This document shows, piece by piece, positions 61,258 through 64,000 of a DNA stretch of 64,000 nucleotides (the stretch's first letter is position 1; each line of letters starts with the position of its first letter). Both the position numbers and the translations under genes were made by a program. The stretch is from Ignavibacteriota bacterium (GTDB lineage Bacteria; Bacteroidota; Ignavibacteria; UBA10030), in contig OY969585.1 in assembly GCA_963701295.1 (NCBI GenBank), forward strand, positions 1,056,001 to 1,120,000, given 5' to 3'. The notes under the pieces were generated by a model. It saw only the letters and a program-made list of their open reading frames with translations, did not search any database and was not told where the DNA came from.

Positions 61258-62199
61258 TTACACTTGAGCACCGCTATTAAAAGCAAGAGTGGTAATCTCA
61301 GAGAGTTTCCGCGGATTGAAGTACAAACCTTCAAGCTTGCGCAATTCAGAAACCAATACTCCCACTTTTATAAATGGATACATCACCTCGGCACCCTCCG
61401 GAATGATCTTCGTTGCTCGGCACATCAGGTAGTAACTTTTAAAGAACGGAGCATAAGGCTTGAGCCAAGGCTCTGCATTCATAGATTGAAAAAAGTCATA
61501 CACCTGCCGATTGAATCGCAATACTGTTGTTTCGTCTTTTAATTGTTCTTCGCTCAGTTCTGGGAAGTCGGCAGAAAGGGAAAGTCGTTTTTTGTTCGGA
61601 TCAATTCTGACTTCTTGTATTTTTTCGTACAATGGATGGGGAGAATGTGTCTGCGTGTGGATACGCCACAGCTCGCTCATATCAATAGTAACCCCTTTCC
61701 GCAGGAGCGTGAGTTGTGTATCCTGTTCTTTTTCTTTGTCCAAGTTCGCTTGCAGCCGTTCGCGTTGGCGTGATTCCGAATTATTCACAACACGTTTTTT
61801 ATTGTGTTTTCGCTCTCGGCGTATTAATGAAAGTAAATCAAGTCTTCGCTGTTCAGAGCGGCGAAATTGAAGTGCTTCCTTGAAAAAATCCTGTGTATCA
61901 TCAATGTGCAGTTCATATCTTGATTTATTGAGATAATTCATTACAAAACCGGTGAGCAGTATGGAAAAAAGAAGTATGCCAATATCTATAATTTTATGAT
62001 CATAAATATAGTTTACGAACGTTAAACCGATCCCGCCAAACCATGCCAGTAGCGAAAGGAGAAATAGCCATGCGATAGTTCCCCCAAGCATGGATTCAGA
62101 AGCACTAATGGGCCTTTGTATCCATATTCGTGTGAACCGGCGCAGCAGTGGCCAAGTAAGAAGAAAACCAACAAGTGCTATGGGGAAAATTACATACAT
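61258..62199 (-). CDS. Hypothetical protein (3 N-terminal TMs plus charged soluble domain)
   Basis: 313-aa ORF with GAGG SD. Confidence 0.6.
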   Translation of the reverse strand: MYVIFPIALVGFLLTWPLLRRFTRIWIQRPISASESMLGGTIAWLFLLSLLAWFGGIGLTFVNYIYDHKIIDIGILLFSILLTGFVMNYLNKSRYELHIDDTQDFFKEALQFRRSEQRRLDLLSLIRRERKHNKKRVVNNSESRQRERLQANLDKEKEQDTQLTLLRKGVTIDMSELWRIHTQTHSPHPLYEKIQEVRIDPNKKRLSLSADFPELSEEQLKDETTVLRFNRQVYDFFQSMNAEPWLKPYAPFFKSYYLMCRATKIIPEGAEVMYPFIKVGVLVSELRKLEGLYFNPRKLSEITTLAFNSGAQV

Positions 62200-62373
62200 G
62201 ACATGATTGCGAGGTGACGAAGCTTCAGTTTGAGAACTGTGGCAAGCCTACAGAGCATTCCAATTTACCCAGAGGAATATTCCGTTGCAAAAGTACATGA
62301 AGGCGTATCACGGCAGATACCTAAGAGAATGCACTGCGATAAAATCTGTGCTCAGCATATCTGTAAAAAAAAA

Positions 62374-62712
62374 TTACTTATAGCTTGCAATAGCCCGGTC
62401 CACGGTTTCGTAGGTCTTGAACACTTTTACCAATTGTGTAATGGCAAACAGACTTTCTACCTTCTCGGTGATATTTGCTAAACGCAAATCACCGGATTTA
62501 TTTCGTACGGATGTCAGTGCAGCGATCAGCGTGCCTAAACCGGTACTGCTAATCCATCGCACGCCTTTCATATCTACAACAATCTTGGTAAATCCTTCCT
62601 GCAACAGACTGTAAATTTTATCACGTAGATTTTCTGTGTCCGGTTCTCCCATCAGGTTGCCTTTCAAGCTCAGAACTGCAACCGCGCCATGCATTTTTTC
62701 TTTTATTGTCAT
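62374..62712 (-). CDS. STAS-domain anti-sigma-factor antagonist
   Basis: VVDM.GV.WISSTGLG.L, L.LAN, LF.IT.L. Confidence 0.88.
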   Translation of the reverse strand: MTIKEKMHGAVAVLSLKGNLMGEPDTENLRDKIYSLLQEGFTKIVVDMKGVRWISSTGLGTLIAALTSVRNKSGDLRLANITEKVESLFAITQLVKVFKTYETVDRAIASYK

Positions 62713-62915
62713 AGACCTTCCTTTGTGCAATACATCTGGACTGCTTAGTAATACATTCTTCTGTAAAATGATACGTCCTTTTTGACGGAATGTCAACGCC
62801 CATATATTTGCCGGTTAAATCCACAAGGCTGATTGCAATTGGTTTTGGTGCGGACTTCTTTGTATTATTATGCAGAAATAGGCCGATATTACAAACCATT
62901 TCTACACTGAACAAC

Positions 62916-63734
62916 TTGATTACGTTGATACCTATAACATCTCTAGAGTATCCTGAATTGGCGCCGTATCGCACCCTGCGCCAATCGGTCGAACAATTTC
63001 GCCAAGGCAAGTTTATAGGAGAGGGAAAAATAGTCGTCAGGAGGCTTTTAGAGAGCACTCATGAAATTTTTTCTGTTCTCATGACATCGGAATGGTTAGA
63101 AGAATATCGTGAACTTCTCGTCATGAGGCCAGAGAAAATAACTGTGTTTCTAGGGCAGAAGGAATTGCTCAACACGATTGTTGGATACAATCTGCATCAA
63201 AGTATTATGGCACTTGGGAAAATTCCTGCACAGGCAACGCTTGACTCAGTTCTCACACAGTCATTGCCGCCGCGTTTATTTGTCGCTGTGGATGGATTAG
63301 CGAATTCTGAAAATCTCGGAGTGCTTGTACGGAATTGTGCCGCCTTCGGAGTGCAAACTATTCTTGTAGGAGAAACATCAAGCAGTCCATATTTGCGGCG
63401 GGCTGTGAGAAATTCTATGGGAACGGTGTTTAAGATACCCATTGTGCACTGCAAGAATCTTGTCGAAACTCTCACAATGCTTCGACATTCTCACAAATTT
63501 AAAATTATTGCCGCGCATCCTCATGCCGAAGAGCATAACATTCAGCGCATGAATTTCACAGAGCACTGTTGTGTTGTCTTCGGAAGTGAAGGGAATGGAA
63601 TTTCTCCGCGTGTTCTTTCTGCTTGTGATATCACAACGGCGATCCCCATGCAGCTGGGAGTTGATTCACTCAATGTGGCAAGTGCCAGCGCGGTGTTTTT
63701 ATATGAAGTGATGCGACAAAGAAATAAAGCATAG
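62916..63734 (+). CDS. TrmH/SpoU-family RNA methyltransferase (start uncertain)
   Basis: FIGEG, ENLG...R...AFG, RNSMG, FGSEG.G, IPM...VDSLNVA. Confidence 0.9.
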   Translation: MITLIPITSLEYPELAPYRTLRQSVEQFRQGKFIGEGKIVVRRLLESTHEIFSVLMTSEWLEEYRELLVMRPEKITVFLGQKELLNTIVGYNLHQSIMALGKIPAQATLDSVLTQSLPPRLFVAVDGLANSENLGVLVRNCAAFGVQTILVGETSSSPYLRRAVRNSMGTVFKIPIVHCKNLVETLTMLRHSHKFKIIAAHPHAEEHNIQRMNFTEHCCVVFGSEGNGISPRVLSACDITTAIPMQLGVDSLNVASASAVFLYEVMRQRNKA

Positions 63735-63764
63735 ACACGCCGCACTGCATATTTATGAATATAA

Positions 63765-63995
63765 TCAGGATTTTGATGTTACTGGCGGCAACTCGCGTGC
63801 AGTAATTTCTGATTGGAATCCACATTCCCGATGTGAACCATCGCAGAAAGGCTTATCTTTGCTATGGCCGCAGCGGCAAAGTGAAACACTCGTTCGGTCA
63901 TTGAGATCAAATTTCTTCCCGCTCAAATCGAGTAATTCGAAATCACCTTCCACACGAATGCTTCCATTATTCTTCACTGTAATTATTGCTGCCAT
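63765..63995 (-). CDS. CDGSH iron-sulfur domain protein
   Basis: NGS..V.G; LCRCGHS..KPFCDGSH. Confidence 0.92.
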   Translation of the reverse strand: MAAIITVKNNGSIRVEGDFELLDLSGKKFDLNDRTSVSLCRCGHSKDKPFCDGSHRECGFQSEITARELPPVTSKS

Positions 63996-64000
63996 AGAAG

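Overview
A 64 kb chromosomal window, probably from an Ignavibacteria/Bacteroidota-Chlorobi-group bacterium (inferred from QNYPNPF-type T9SS C-terminal domains and purN-purH-mreB-mreC synteny). It holds purN/purH/mreBC, a ~24 kb surface-glycan locus (many glycosyl- and methyltransferases, a CDP-branched-deoxysugar pathway, a frameshifted flippase), an arg operon with tandem ARG boxes, and assorted envelope genes. The most notable region is ~31.8-38.5 kb. A self-cleaving XRE-S24 (LexA/CI-like) repressor is transcribed divergently from an operon of inactivated RadA-like protein, small MGRT protein and proofreading-deficient PolB2-type polymerase, an archaeal Dpo2-like putative mutasome. Two ACGACA-N4-TGTC(G/A)T operators sit on the two divergent TTGACA promoters. 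Behind the repressor lie DUF3795, TcmP and DUF5131 genes and a diverged relic of the repressor 3' end. Other signals: a four-helix-bundle gene bracketed by inverted heptad repeats inside mreBC, two frameshifts that both restore to CAGTACTG, ISL3 and carB relics, and an unannotated Zn-ribbon microprotein. No rRNA, tRNA or CRISPR array was recognised. All family assignments come from motif recognition by eye, not database searches.
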